A stretch of 38,804 bases of DNA from Candidatus Eiseniibacteriota bacterium. Its GTDB lineage: Bacteria > JAFGKV01. The DNA lies in NCBI GenBank assembly GCA_025453925.1, contig JALOPK010000001.1, positions 1 to 38,804 on the forward strand, given 5' to 3'. Position numbers and translations under genes: made by a program. Of this stretch, positions 18,229 to 27,400 are shown one piece after another. Below the pieces are notes generated by a model, which made no database searches, was not told where the DNA came from, and saw nothing but the letters and a program-made list of their open reading frames with translations. Numbering within the stretch: position 1 is the first letter of the stretch; each line of letters starts with the position of its first letter.

Positions 18229-19665
18229 CTACGGGGACTTCACTGACGAGTGAGCATGCACGCCGCTGAAGATGGAGACGGCACCCAGAAGCTGAAGCGT
18301 CACGACATACCCCGCCGTCGCGGGAACGAGCGCCACCCAGAATGTCGTCCCGTCAAGGAGAGCATACACTGCCGCAGCCACCAGAGCAGCGAAGGCGGGG
18401 CGCGCCGCTGTCTTTGCCAGCGGTCGTTTGGCTGGCCCAAGAAGATCTCTGATCCACCACGTCCTCACCACCAAGCTGAACACGGCCCCTCCGCACGCTG
18501 CCCAGGCGGCGCCGATCTGTGCCCCTCCCGGGATAAGGAGCCCGCACAACACCGTCTTGACCACGGCCTCCGCGCCCGCTACGGCGACGAATGCCCCGAT
18601 TCCCCTGCGGGAAATGATGACGATCATCAGCACGGGGCCGGAGAGGACCGTGGCGACCAGGGACCATGCGAGGATACGGAGAACGCTCGCCGCCGGCAAA
18701 TAGACCTCGCCAAGCAGCAGGCCGATGATTGACTCGGCCCCGAATGACAGCGTGACTGCCAGTCCGAAGACCACCAGCGCGAACGCGTTCAGGGCGTCAT
18801 TGTAGCCGCGGGCCGCCACCTCCGGAGACTCCTGCCACCGGGCCGAAAGAAACGGAAAGAGGGCACCCAGGGCGCTCATCCGCAAAATGCCGGCGTACTC
18901 GATGAGTCGCAAGCCGGGCATGTAGAGGCCGACCGCCTCGGCGCCTGACAGCCTGGCGAGGAGCAACACATCCACCCGCCTCATGGCAAGATCCAGAACA
19001 CTGAGGGCGAACAATACGAATCCGTCGCGAAGCAACGCGCTCATGGCCGGCCGGGAAGGGAGACCCGCCAGCGGAGTGACACGCCGATGCACAAGGAGAA
19101 CGAGCGCGCACGCCTCCAGCGAGACAGAGGCAACCTGGAGTGCCACCAGCGCGCGCACGCGGGCGCCTGAAAGGACGAGGATGATGCCGGCAGCCGCGGT
19201 CGTCATCGACACTGCGATCCGAAACACCCCCAGCGTCGTCATGCGCTCGAACGCCCGCGCGATGGCCTCGGCCAGTCCCTGGATCGTGGCCCCCACGAGG
19301 ATCGCCCCTGTGAGCCAGAGGAGGGATTTCATCTGCGGACCATAGCCGGCTACCGACGCAGCCACGGGCAGGAGCGCCCAGACCAGGAGCGCCACGGGCA
19401 CCGTGAGAGCGATTCCGCTGAACAGGTACCGTCCCGCTCTCTCCCGGTGCTGAGCCACGTCTCGGATGATCACCTGAGGGAACCCCATCAGACTGATCGT
19501 GCGGGCGAACAGCGCGAAGGTCATGGCGATCGAGTAGAGCCCGAAATCGGCGACCCCGAGGCGGCGGGCGGCCACGGCGACGAATGCCAAGTTGGCCATC
19601 TGCACGCACAGCTCCGCCCCGGACAAGACCGCAGTATTGCCTAGAAGCCTCCGGGATTCGGTCAC
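18229..19665 (-). CDS. wzx: Wzx-like polysaccharide flippase (MOP superfamily)
   Basis: Polytopic protein. LLGNTAVLSGAELCVQMANLAFVAVAARRLGVADFGLYS is typical of a Wzx N-terminus. The ORF is open to a TTG at 19797. GTG 19665, preceded by GGGGGGAG, gives a canonical-length N-terminus. The start is uncertain. Confidence 0.75.
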   Translation of the reverse strand: MTESRRLLGNTAVLSGAELCVQMANLAFVAVAARRLGVADFGLYSIAMTFALFARTISLMGFPQVIIRDVAQHRERAGRYLFSGIALTVPVALLVWALLPVAASVAGYGPQMKSLLWLTGAILVGATIQGLAEAIARAFERMTTLGVFRIAVSMTTAAAGIILVLSGARVRALVALQVASVSLEACALVLLVHRRVTPLAGLPSRPAMSALLRDGFVLFALSVLDLAMRRVDVLLLARLSGAEAVGLYMPGLRLIEYAGILRMSALGALFPFLSARWQESPEVAARGYNDALNAFALVVFGLAVTLSFGAESIIGLLLGEVYLPAASVLRILAWSLVATVLSGPVLMIVIISRRGIGAFVAVAGAEAVVKTVLCGLLIPGGAQIGAAWAACGGAVFSLVVRTWWIRDLLGPAKRPLAKTAARPAFAALVAAAVYALLDGTTFWVALVPATAGYVVTLQLLGAVSIFSGVHAHSSVKSP

Positions 19666-19822
19666 ATCTCCCCCCGGCGGACTTCGATGGCGGTTCGTTC
19701 GCGGGGAAGTCGCGTCTCTCTCCCACTGCCTGCGGGGGAGATCACCGCCATCGCAACGGATCCTGCGCACCCCCGGGGTGCCGAACCGCCGGGGCAAGAG
19801 GGCACAGAACTGCTCGTTCGCA

Positions 19823-20776
19823 TCAGGGCTTGCCTATGGGCACGCCGTCCGGGCTCATCGCCTCCAGGAGGCAGGCGAGATCCACACATCGGGTTCGCTG
19901 GATACCGCGGCGGGCACGGAGCGTGGCACCCATCCGAAGGAACGCCTCGCAATAGCCGCGAAACGCCGCCCCCCGATGGGGAGCATGCCGGAGTGCCGCC
20001 GCCCATGTGTGCCCGATACCCCCGAGGCGAGGCTTGATGAGTCCCCACGGCATGTTCTTCAGGTACACCGTGACCCGGTTCCGGTACACCAGTCTCATCT
20101 GAGCGCTCGATCCCCGGCCGAACGTGGCACTCCGGTCGTGATGAACCACGGCATCAGGGACATAGACGCAGCGGTGTCCCAGGAGTCGGGCGCGGAATCC
20201 GAAGTCGATGTCATCGCTGTAGATGAAAAGGCTCTCATCGAGCGAGCCCACACGCTCGAAGACTCCCCTTCGGTAGATCGATGCCGCACCGGTCGCGGTG
20301 AAGACCTCACACGGGGTATCAAACGCGGGTCCATCCGGTTCTCCGTGACCCCGCATGATGCCTCCGATCAGAGGATCGAAGGCGTCGCCCGCGGAGTCGA
20401 TCCGGCGTGGATCGGAGGCAAGGAGGAGCCGGCACGCCGCGAATGAGAACACCGGCGCCTCCTCCAGCGCAGACTGCAGCGCCTCCAACCATGTCGGGGT
20501 GGGATAGGCATCACTGTCCAGAGTGACGATGAAATCTCCCGAGGCCGCCTTGACCCCCGCGTTCACGCCGCCTGACGTGCCGAGGTTACGCGGGAGTCGA
20601 ACCACTTTCACCCAAGGATACTCCCCGCGCATGGTCTTCACCGTGTCGTCGCTGGACGCATTGTCCACCACGATTATCTCTTCCGGCCGCCGCGTCTGAC
20701 TGGCAAGGCGTTGGAGGCACCGCCTGAGCCGTGGCAGTGCGTTCCAGGTCGGGATGACTACCGAGACGGACGCCAT
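19823..20776 (-). CDS. GT2-family glycosyltransferase
   Basis: 317 aa with ATG at 20776. Supporting blocks are MASVSVVIPTWNALPRLRRCLQRLASQTRRPEEIIVVDNASSDDT, TLDSDAY and YSDDIDFGFRARLLG. Confidence 0.85.
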   Translation of the reverse strand: MASVSVVIPTWNALPRLRRCLQRLASQTRRPEEIIVVDNASSDDTVKTMRGEYPWVKVVRLPRNLGTSGGVNAGVKAASGDFIVTLDSDAYPTPTWLEALQSALEEAPVFSFAACRLLLASDPRRIDSAGDAFDPLIGGIMRGHGEPDGPAFDTPCEVFTATGAASIYRRGVFERVGSLDESLFIYSDDIDFGFRARLLGHRCVYVPDAVVHHDRSATFGRGSSAQMRLVYRNRVTVYLKNMPWGLIKPRLGGIGHTWAAALRHAPHRGAAFRGYCEAFLRMGATLRARRGIQRTRCVDLACLLEAMSPDGVPIGKP

Positions 20777-20866
20777 GGTTGGGTCTGGTGCGGCAGGCGG
20801 CCGCTCCCGCCGGGATAGCCGGCCCGCGTCGGAGGCCTGGTGGAGGGGGCATTCACCGAGGTTCCC

Positions 20867-22303
20867 CTATTCAGCGAACATGGATCGGCCATCCATGTAA
20901 CGGGGAACGGCCTCATCGAGCGCGTGGAGCACGGTCGGCGCCACATCCATGATTGAGACGCATGCTTCACGCAAGGCGCCACATCCCGGCCCCCGGGCGT
21001 AGAGCACGCCCACGGGGCGATGACTTCCCCGATTCTCCACGGAGTTCGCCGTCGCCTCCAGGGAGGACCGAATCGTGAACTGGCCCATGAGGCGAATCCC
21101 CTCATCATGGGGCATAAGGAGCATGTCGGGCGCCCCGGCTGCATGGAGCCCGGCGTAGATGTCATCCCGTGGGACCACCGCCCTTAGCAACGGACTGCCC
21201 TCGTCGTCACGGCAGGCGAGGAGATCGTCGGCCAGCCTGACGCTCAGGTCTCTCTGCTCCGTCCCGGTCGTGATCACGCCATCCGGTTCGCGCCCCTTAA
21301 TGTTGAGCCAGAGCCCGGGACATTCTACGTAGAGCCCGCCGAACGCGCGGGTCCTCCGCCAATCCACCCTGAGCCGCGGAGGGCCGAGCTCTACCCGGGG
21401 CCGCCACCCCCTTGCAGGACGTCGCAGGCGTCTCACGCGAAGCTTGTGGCCGCGATGGAGACGGAGAAACCCGTGCTCGCGGAGCCAGACGTTGACATGA
21501 AACAGATGGCGGCATGGACCGAAACCGTGGTCAGACATCACGATGACCGTCGTCTCGGACCCGGTGGCCTCGAGCAACCGACCCAGCGTCGCGTCCAACG
21601 TCTCGTATGCTGCTTCAACGGCCGCGCCGGGCTCCCCACCGGGCGCACCTTCCGTCTCCCTGGCCTCTGTCTCACCCCAGAGCATGTGTTGGACCTTGTC
21701 GGCCAAGGTGAACACCACCATGAAGAGGTCCCATTGCTCCTGCCCCAAGAGCCAGAGTGCCGCGTCGCGTCTCGCCGCATGTCTCCGCGCGAGTTGCGCG
21801 CTCAGGTGGCCGGCGTCGAGCGTGTCGAGGTCGCCAAAGCCGTCCGCCTGGTAGTCGGGAATTCGCGTGCGCAAGTGATCGGCCACCGCAGCGGGAAATG
21901 TGAAGTCGGATCGCATTCCCGGAGTGGGCAAACCGGTCACCATTACCCCGTTCACCGGTCGGGGGGGAAACGTCAGCGGCACGTTCAGGGAGCAGACCCG
22001 GCGCCCGCGTCGGCTGAGTATCTGCTCCAGGGTTGCCGCGCCGATGTCCGCGCTGCTCACCAGTGGCCATTCATAGCCCGAACGGCGCCAGAACCCGAAC
22101 GCGCCGTGTTTCCCCGGGTTCACGCCCGTTCTGCAACTCGTCCACGCAGGGGCGGAGTTGGCCGGGAATGTTGACTGAAGACGCCCCGCGCAGCCCTCCG
22201 CCATGAGCCGCGCGAGGACCGGAAGCCGACGGGCATTCACCATTCGGTCGGCGACAGCCGGCTCGAGACCGTCGAGGCCGACCAACAGGACCCGGGCTCC
22301 CAT
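20867..22303 (-). CDS. Alkaline-phosphatase superfamily protein, NPP/type I phosphodiesterase-like, with no signal peptide
   Basis: 478 aa. Supporting blocks are MGARVLLVGLDGLEP (metal Asp), FPANSAPAWTSCRTGVNPGKHG (nucleophile loop), VIVMSDHGFG (DH codons 21527-21532) and GSHRPVGVL. Confidence 0.8.
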   Translation of the reverse strand: MGARVLLVGLDGLEPAVADRMVNARRLPVLARLMAEGCAGRLQSTFPANSAPAWTSCRTGVNPGKHGAFGFWRRSGYEWPLVSSADIGAATLEQILSRRGRRVCSLNVPLTFPPRPVNGVMVTGLPTPGMRSDFTFPAAVADHLRTRIPDYQADGFGDLDTLDAGHLSAQLARRHAARRDAALWLLGQEQWDLFMVVFTLADKVQHMLWGETEARETEGAPGGEPGAAVEAAYETLDATLGRLLEATGSETTVIVMSDHGFGPCRHLFHVNVWLREHGFLRLHRGHKLRVRRLRRPARGWRPRVELGPPRLRVDWRRTRAFGGLYVECPGLWLNIKGREPDGVITTGTEQRDLSVRLADDLLACRDDEGSPLLRAVVPRDDIYAGLHAAGAPDMLLMPHDEGIRLMGQFTIRSSLEATANSVENRGSHRPVGVLYARGPGCGALREACVSIMDVAPTVLHALDEAVPRYMDGRSMFAE

Positions 22304-22306
22304 TGC

Positions 22307-23806
22307 CTACCCCAGATACCCCAGAGCCCGCAGATGTGCCTCCACACCTTGCCGCTCGACGGCGGACAGTTCCTGCGCTGCAGAGCGGGGCAGACCATCG
22401 GGCGAGGCAACTACACGAACAGGATGATCCCGCAACCAAGAGTCATCAAACAGCTCCGTCGCCACCGTTCCTTCCATGTGGCCGGGCACCGGCACACCGA
22501 GGATATGGAGAACAGTCGGTGCGATATCCGTGAGCCGCATGGGCACCGCATCCCCATCCCCGGCGCAATCCCCGGCCAGAGCCAGCACTCCTCCGCCGAT
22601 CATATGGAACTCACCTTCCGGAGCCGGACCCATCACCGAGCTGGCATCCAGGGAAGGGCATGTCGCGATTCCCTCGTCGGCCGGCTCAACTACCAAGTCA
22701 GGCAAAGGGATCAGGCCGGGCCCGGCAGACAGGTTCTCGCGGATCAAGACATTGCCCACGGCCGGCAGATCGGCGATGCTGTCCCGGATGAATCTCGCGC
22801 GGGCGGCGCGATCAGTGAGAGGCGCCCGGGAAGCATCGCTTCCCACAGGTGCCCCGGATCTCCCCCCGCATGAGAGAAAGACCCCGGCGTCGTCGGCAAG
22901 GGCCGCCGTCCGTTTCCCGTCTACGCCGCGGCGTTGCCCGAGTTCTCCGGGGAGTGCGCACTGCTCCATCAAGAAACGGCACGCCGACGAGTCCCGCCTC
23001 GACAACCGCCGCAGCGCGCGCCGCGCCGTGCCGGATGGAGAAAGCCGGAGCAAACCCTGTTGTTCCAGCCAGGCATTGAGGTGAAGATGGCTTCGCACCG
23101 TCGCGGCGTGTGTTGGCGACACCAGCAGCAGTGCCCGCGCGGGTATCTCCGAGATCAACAGGCGAAGGAGGGCGTCGAGCCCGTCCGGCATCCCGGGCGT
23201 TGCACCGGTTCGCGCGCGGGAGCCACGCGCCCGCCTCGCCCCGGCAAGATGCCGAAAGCCAATGGCGATGAGGTCACTGTCCTGCTGGTCCCGCATCCAG
23301 CGCACCATGCGGATGACCCCCTCTGCGCGGCGAACGCCTTCAGTGGTCTCAACGGAGGCCAGGGTTGCCCGGTCCGAGGGCGGCATCGCCTCCCACAGCC
23401 CCCGCGGGAAGCTGTCCCATGGGTCGGGAGGCATGGTCAATGCCACGCCGTTGATGGCCGCCGGCGGCCAGGTGAGTGGAACGCCCACCGCCGCCACCCG
23501 CAGGCCTGCTTCCCCGGCGACGGCAAGGAGGCTGGGGAACGCCAGCCGCCAGATCGAAGGGCCCGCGCGCTCCGGGCCCCCGTCCACACTCCGCCCTCCC
23601 CACACCCCGTGGGCGGATGGCTCGACACCCGTGTGCACCGTGGCCCAGGCCGCCGCCTGGCTGCGGGCGAGACCGGCCGAAAAGATGCCCTGAGAGCCTC
23701 CATCGAGGAATGGGCGGAGGGCGGGCTGGCCCGCGCGGCGTTCCGCGTTGCCGACGGACGAGGGAGTCAGCCCTTCCGTTGCGAGTACGATGACCGGAGA
23801 ACCCAC
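22307..23806 (-). CDS. Paralogue of the NPP-like protein with substituted metal-ligand motifs (possible pseudoenzyme)
   Basis: GTG 23806 aligns residue-for-residue with Met1 of the downstream paralogue (VGSPVIVLATEGL versus MGARVLLVGLDGL). The upstream part of the 575-aa ORF is Arg-rich junk. D becomes E in ATEGL, and SDHG becomes SPTH (nt 23108-23119). The stop lies 3 nt before the next ATG. Confidence 0.7.
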   Translation of the reverse strand: MGSPVIVLATEGLTPSSVGNAERRAGQPALRPFLDGGSQGIFSAGLARSQAAAWATVHTGVEPSAHGVWGGRSVDGGPERAGPSIWRLAFPSLLAVAGEAGLRVAAVGVPLTWPPAAINGVALTMPPDPWDSFPRGLWEAMPPSDRATLASVETTEGVRRAEGVIRMVRWMRDQQDSDLIAIGFRHLAGARRARGSRARTGATPGMPDGLDALLRLLISEIPARALLLVSPTHAATVRSHLHLNAWLEQQGLLRLSPSGTARRALRRLSRRDSSACRFLMEQCALPGELGQRRGVDGKRTAALADDAGVFLSCGGRSGAPVGSDASRAPLTDRAARARFIRDSIADLPAVGNVLIRENLSAGPGLIPLPDLVVEPADEGIATCPSLDASSVMGPAPEGEFHMIGGGVLALAGDCAGDGDAVPMRLTDIAPTVLHILGVPVPGHMEGTVATELFDDSWLRDHPVRVVASPDGLPRSAAQELSAVERQGVEAHLRALGYLG

Positions 23807-24218
23807 TATGGAGTCCCGCGCGCAACAGAGAGAGGCGAGGCCACTGGTTCGCCGGGCATTCCCACTTCCGCGGGACGGTTCTCGCAGGATTTCAGGATCA
23901 TCCGTCGTTGAGAGTGCCGGTGATCGGCGTTCCCGCCGACCGGTCGTGAGAGGAATGGATCGGCGCGGCGTGGCGGCACACCCGTCTCTGTGAAGAGGAA
24001 CGGCTGCCCGCCCTTCAAATGCGGCGCACAGCATTCCGTTTCGTCACGGACTCGGTGCACATGCGTGGGGCGAGCCGTTCTGGTCGCCGGAATCGCGCGC
24101 CCGCCCCGCTGAGAGAACGAAGTTGAACGGGCCGCCCGCATACCACGGGAGCCCCTCGGTGGGGAAACCGCCCGGCCGACGCCCTGCCGCGAGATCACTG
24201 GCCGCCGCGATCCAGGTA

Positions 24219-25430
24219 TCAGCCCGATGCGGCGCCCAGGGCGAACTGTACACCCAGCGCCTCGCTACGCGACGTCGGTATGCGAAACCCAGTTGCACCA
24301 AGGCGCAGGCGCAGGGGGCCGGGTCTCAACTCCAGCCCGGCGGCCATACCGAAGCCTTCCGGCCGACCCGCTCCCAACTCCAGCCATGTTCGCAGCCATG
24401 CCCGGGCATCCCAGATCAGACCAGCATGCACGCGGGGCGATGTGGTGACACCGGCCCAGGAGCGCAGTCCCTGGTTCCATCGCGCGTAGGCGCCGCCCCA
24501 CGGGAGCCGGCGGCCGATGTGCACTTCCATCCGGGCAGGTAAGGGCGTCGACCACCGACCGACGTCGTACGTGCTGTCGGAGCTGACATACCCGCTATCT
24601 CCCAATTCCGCGGTCCATTCCTCCGCCTGGAACTCGACCAGCTTCTCCTCGACCCCCTTCCAGGAGAGTGAGGGTCCCAGATCCTTGAGCACGATCTCCA
24701 GCTCCCACTGGTCCCTGGCCGCGCGGCCGCCGAGGTCGAGCGCGACGCCGACGGGAAGGCGGGACTCCGGGTCGTCCGTCGTGCGCCGTACGACGGTGAC
24801 ACCTTCCGCGGTGAGGCCCTCTACTTCGGTAAGTACCGCGAACGAACTCCTCGTGATCTTGGCGGCGAGGACGCCCAACACGATTCGGGCGCCAATCCCC
24901 GACGAGGTTTCCCATCCGGCTATCCGGCCGCTTGGGAACCCGTATGATCCGCCGGCGGACAGGTAGGTCAACATGCCACCCGAGTTCAGCAGTTCATAGC
25001 GGCGATCCAGTGCATTGCCGAAGAACATCAGGTCGATGAGGTCCTTATCGAGGCTCAGGTCTCCCCCCAGATAGGCCCTCGTGATGAAGGCCGCCCGGCC
25101 GACGCGTATTCCCAACGCCTCAGCCTCGCCCTGCAGGAACCCCCTGGCGGTCTTCCCGGAGATGCTCTCCAGGATCGTCCTCTTGTCGTCTTCGTCGAGG
25201 TACTCCCCGCTGTACCTGCGATAGAGGTCCAAGCTCACGGCATTGTTGCGGACCGCCACGCTCCCATGCACCAGGTAGGCCTCCCAGGCCCCCATGGCGG
25301 GATCGGCCAGAGCGGCTGGGTTGGCGAGCCACGCGACTCCTGACCCTGACCATCCGCCGGGCGCTGCCCATGCCGCGCCGGCGGTCATCAGAGATATGAT
25401 CAGCCACACCGCGGGGTTACATGTCATCAT
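24219..25430 (-). CDS. Secreted protein, putative outer-membrane beta-barrel (weak FadL/PorV-like N-terminal motif)
   Basis: ATG 25430 or 25427 gives MMTCNPAVWLIISLMTAGAAWA, a signal peptide. This start overlaps the upstream gene by 11-14 nt. An ANPAALA motif sits near the mature N-terminus. The sequence has alternating amphipathic Gly/aromatic-rich stretches to the C-terminus. Function is not established. Confidence 0.55.
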   Translation of the reverse strand: MMTCNPAVWLIISLMTAGAAWAAPGGWSGSGVAWLANPAALADPAMGAWEAYLVHGSVAVRNNAVSLDLYRRYSGEYLDEDDKRTILESISGKTARGFLQGEAEALGIRVGRAAFITRAYLGGDLSLDKDLIDLMFFGNALDRRYELLNSGGMLTYLSAGGSYGFPSGRIAGWETSSGIGARIVLGVLAAKITRSSFAVLTEVEGLTAEGVTVVRRTTDDPESRLPVGVALDLGGRAARDQWELEIVLKDLGPSLSWKGVEEKLVEFQAEEWTAELGDSGYVSSDSTYDVGRWSTPLPARMEVHIGRRLPWGGAYARWNQGLRSWAGVTTSPRVHAGLIWDARAWLRTWLELGAGRPEGFGMAAGLELRPGPLRLRLGATGFRIPTSRSEALGVQFALGAASG

Positions 25431-26577
25431 CGAGCTCGATGCGCGACGTAATGCCCATGAGTATCCTGGCGGAAATGGAGTCGTCCGCACAGATGCAGAT
25501 CCGGCGCGTGCCCGATCCATCCAACAGATACTCCACGGCTGCGTACAGCGTATCGTTCCCCGGGCCGGGGTTCGCGAAGAGGCCCAACTGGTCCTCATCA
25601 AGACTCACGCTGGTCTGCGCATGCGCCACGCCCGTGGATTTGCCGGTGATGGGGTCCACCGATGGGGCCTCGAACGCGAAAGGCCCGATCAGCAGTTCCG
25701 GATCATCCCATAATCGCAGTGAATCGTTGTCAACCCGGACGCAGGCGTGTCCGCCGAGCGGCAGGTTGTTGTCGACATCGGCAATAATGAGAGCCGCACG
25801 GAGATTCTCGGTCAGGTCGCCTTCGACGTCCGCATCGTCGGAGTCGCCGTCAGCCGGATCAATCACCAGCTTCTGCACGATGGAGCGTCGATCCACATCC
25901 GCGCCGTCAAAGGTCAAGTCGAATGCGGTGAGCAGCGATACCTGCACCGACAGGGTCGCCTGGGGACCGACCGGCCGGCCCTGCGCCGTATACGCCAGCG
26001 TACTGGTCGCCGCATAGCTGTCGGGGACGGCATGAGTCGGGGAGGGATTGATGAAGATCAAGATCTGGGGGTCGGTCACGAGGTGGGTCGAGACGATCTC
26101 TTCACCACTGAGTGACGAGGGGGCGTTCACGGAAACACGCAACGGCCCGGATGGCCGCCCATCGTCATCCCAGCCTTCTATCGCCGTCTCGATTTCCACA
26201 GTGCCCGGCAGATTGTGCCTGACGACAATCTCGAGCCAGGCGCGGTAGAACGAGGGATTCTCCAGCTCATCCAGGGGATTGCCGCTCCATGTGGCGGTGC
26301 CACCAGGGATTACCGCCTCCCCCTGGGTAGGCAAGCCCTGAAGGGTGGCCGGGTCGGCGACGATCACGTCGGACACGACGCTGGCGACCACGCTATCCGA
26401 ATCCATCAGGCGAAACGGGCCATACTCGCCGAAGAAGAAGTCGCCCTCGGCGCCAACCAGCTCGCGCACGAATGCGGTGCGTGAAACCAACGGCACGTTG
26501 GCAGTCACGTCCCACGTCGGGGCCTTCGGGCTTGGGATGGAGCAACCGGCGACCAGCAGAATGAGAAGTCGGCGCAT
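25417..26577 (-). CDS. Acidic lipoprotein of unknown function (first gene of the long minus-strand operon)
   Basis: 386 aa. The N-terminus MRRLLILLVAGCS is a lipobox. A strong AGGAGG site (26583-26588, minus strand) lies 5 nt upstream of ATG 26577. I recognise no family. Confidence 0.65.
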   Translation of the reverse strand: MRRLLILLVAGCSIPSPKAPTWDVTANVPLVSRTAFVRELVGAEGDFFFGEYGPFRLMDSDSVVASVVSDVIVADPATLQGLPTQGEAVIPGGTATWSGNPLDELENPSFYRAWLEIVVRHNLPGTVEIETAIEGWDDDGRPSGPLRVSVNAPSSLSGEEIVSTHLVTDPQILIFINPSPTHAVPDSYAATSTLAYTAQGRPVGPQATLSVQVSLLTAFDLTFDGADVDRRSIVQKLVIDPADGDSDDADVEGDLTENLRAALIIADVDNNLPLGGHACVRVDNDSLRLWDDPELLIGPFAFEAPSVDPITGKSTGVAHAQTSVSLDEDQLGLFANPGPGNDTLYAAVEYLLDGSGTRRICICADDSISARILMGITSRIELDDDM

Positions 26578-26960
26578 GAATGCCTCCTACGGCACGCGAT
26601 ACCGGAATGCAACGTGCGTTCCCGGCGGTCCCGGGTCAAGCGGTTCCTCTGCCGCGCAGCGGCTCCCGGCTCTCGACCTCTGCTCTCTTCAGTCATCGAT
26701 GGTGCACGCCGGTGCGTGTCGCCAGTCGATCTGCCGGCGGCACACCCCGGCCTACCGGCTCGCGTCTGGTCGGCCAGTCGGCCGGATCACCCCGTGATGC
26801 TTGACAGCGGGGGGTTCCCTGCCGTCACTCTGCCCGTTCCCACTCTGGCGCCGGCGACGCCGCTCCGGGCCTTTTGACTACGGCGTCTCTCACGGGTTTC
26901 TCCCTGCGGGGAGTCACAGATTCGTCGTGCGCGGCACGATGGATCCAAGGAGGACCTTCG

Positions 26961-27149
26961 ATGAAGCTGCTCTCCCTGCTGCTTGGCGTGCTGGGCCTGG
27001 TTTCTCTCGTGCTCTCGTTCTACGGGCGATTCTCAGGACCGTCGGTGGTGTTCCTGCTGGGGGACAGCGTCTCGTCCGCCATGCTGCTCCAGTTCGCAGG
27101 CGTGATGTTCTCCATGGGCGTGTTCGTCCGCGTTCTGGCTACGAAGTAG
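26961..27149 (+). CDS. Small (62-aa) two-helix membrane protein
   Basis: AAGGAGG at 26947-26953 lies 7 nt upstream of ATG 26961. The product is MKLLSLLLGVLGLVSLVLSFYGRF...LLQFAGVMFSMGVFVRVLATK. The longer 91-aa ORF version has no RBS. Confidence 0.5.
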   Translation: MKLLSLLLGVLGLVSLVLSFYGRFSGPSVVFLLGDSVSSAMLLQFAGVMFSMGVFVRVLATK

Positions 27150-27400
27150 GCTGTCCGGCGACGACGAGCGCCGGGGCCGCGGCATCACGGGACATTGCAA
27201 CCGGGGCGGAACAGTCCTGGAGGCGTCTTCCCGTCATTGAGACGAGGGTGAGGCCCTCAACACCCCCGGCGACCGGCTGTGGGCGCCGCCACGCCCGGTT
27301 GCGGGGGGATTCGCATACTTGACCTCGTGTCCGCGACGCCTGTTCTTGCTGACTTCGCCAGATTATCGGCAGTTCGTCATTCGGAGAGGGCCGCTTTTCC

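Noticed and set aside
26801-26829. TTGACA hexamer at 26801-26806 as a sigma70 -35 box for the small membrane protein / aminotransferase unit.
   Set aside because: The best -10 candidate at 17-nt spacing (GTCACT) matches the consensus poorly, and the phylum and its promoter consensus are unknown.
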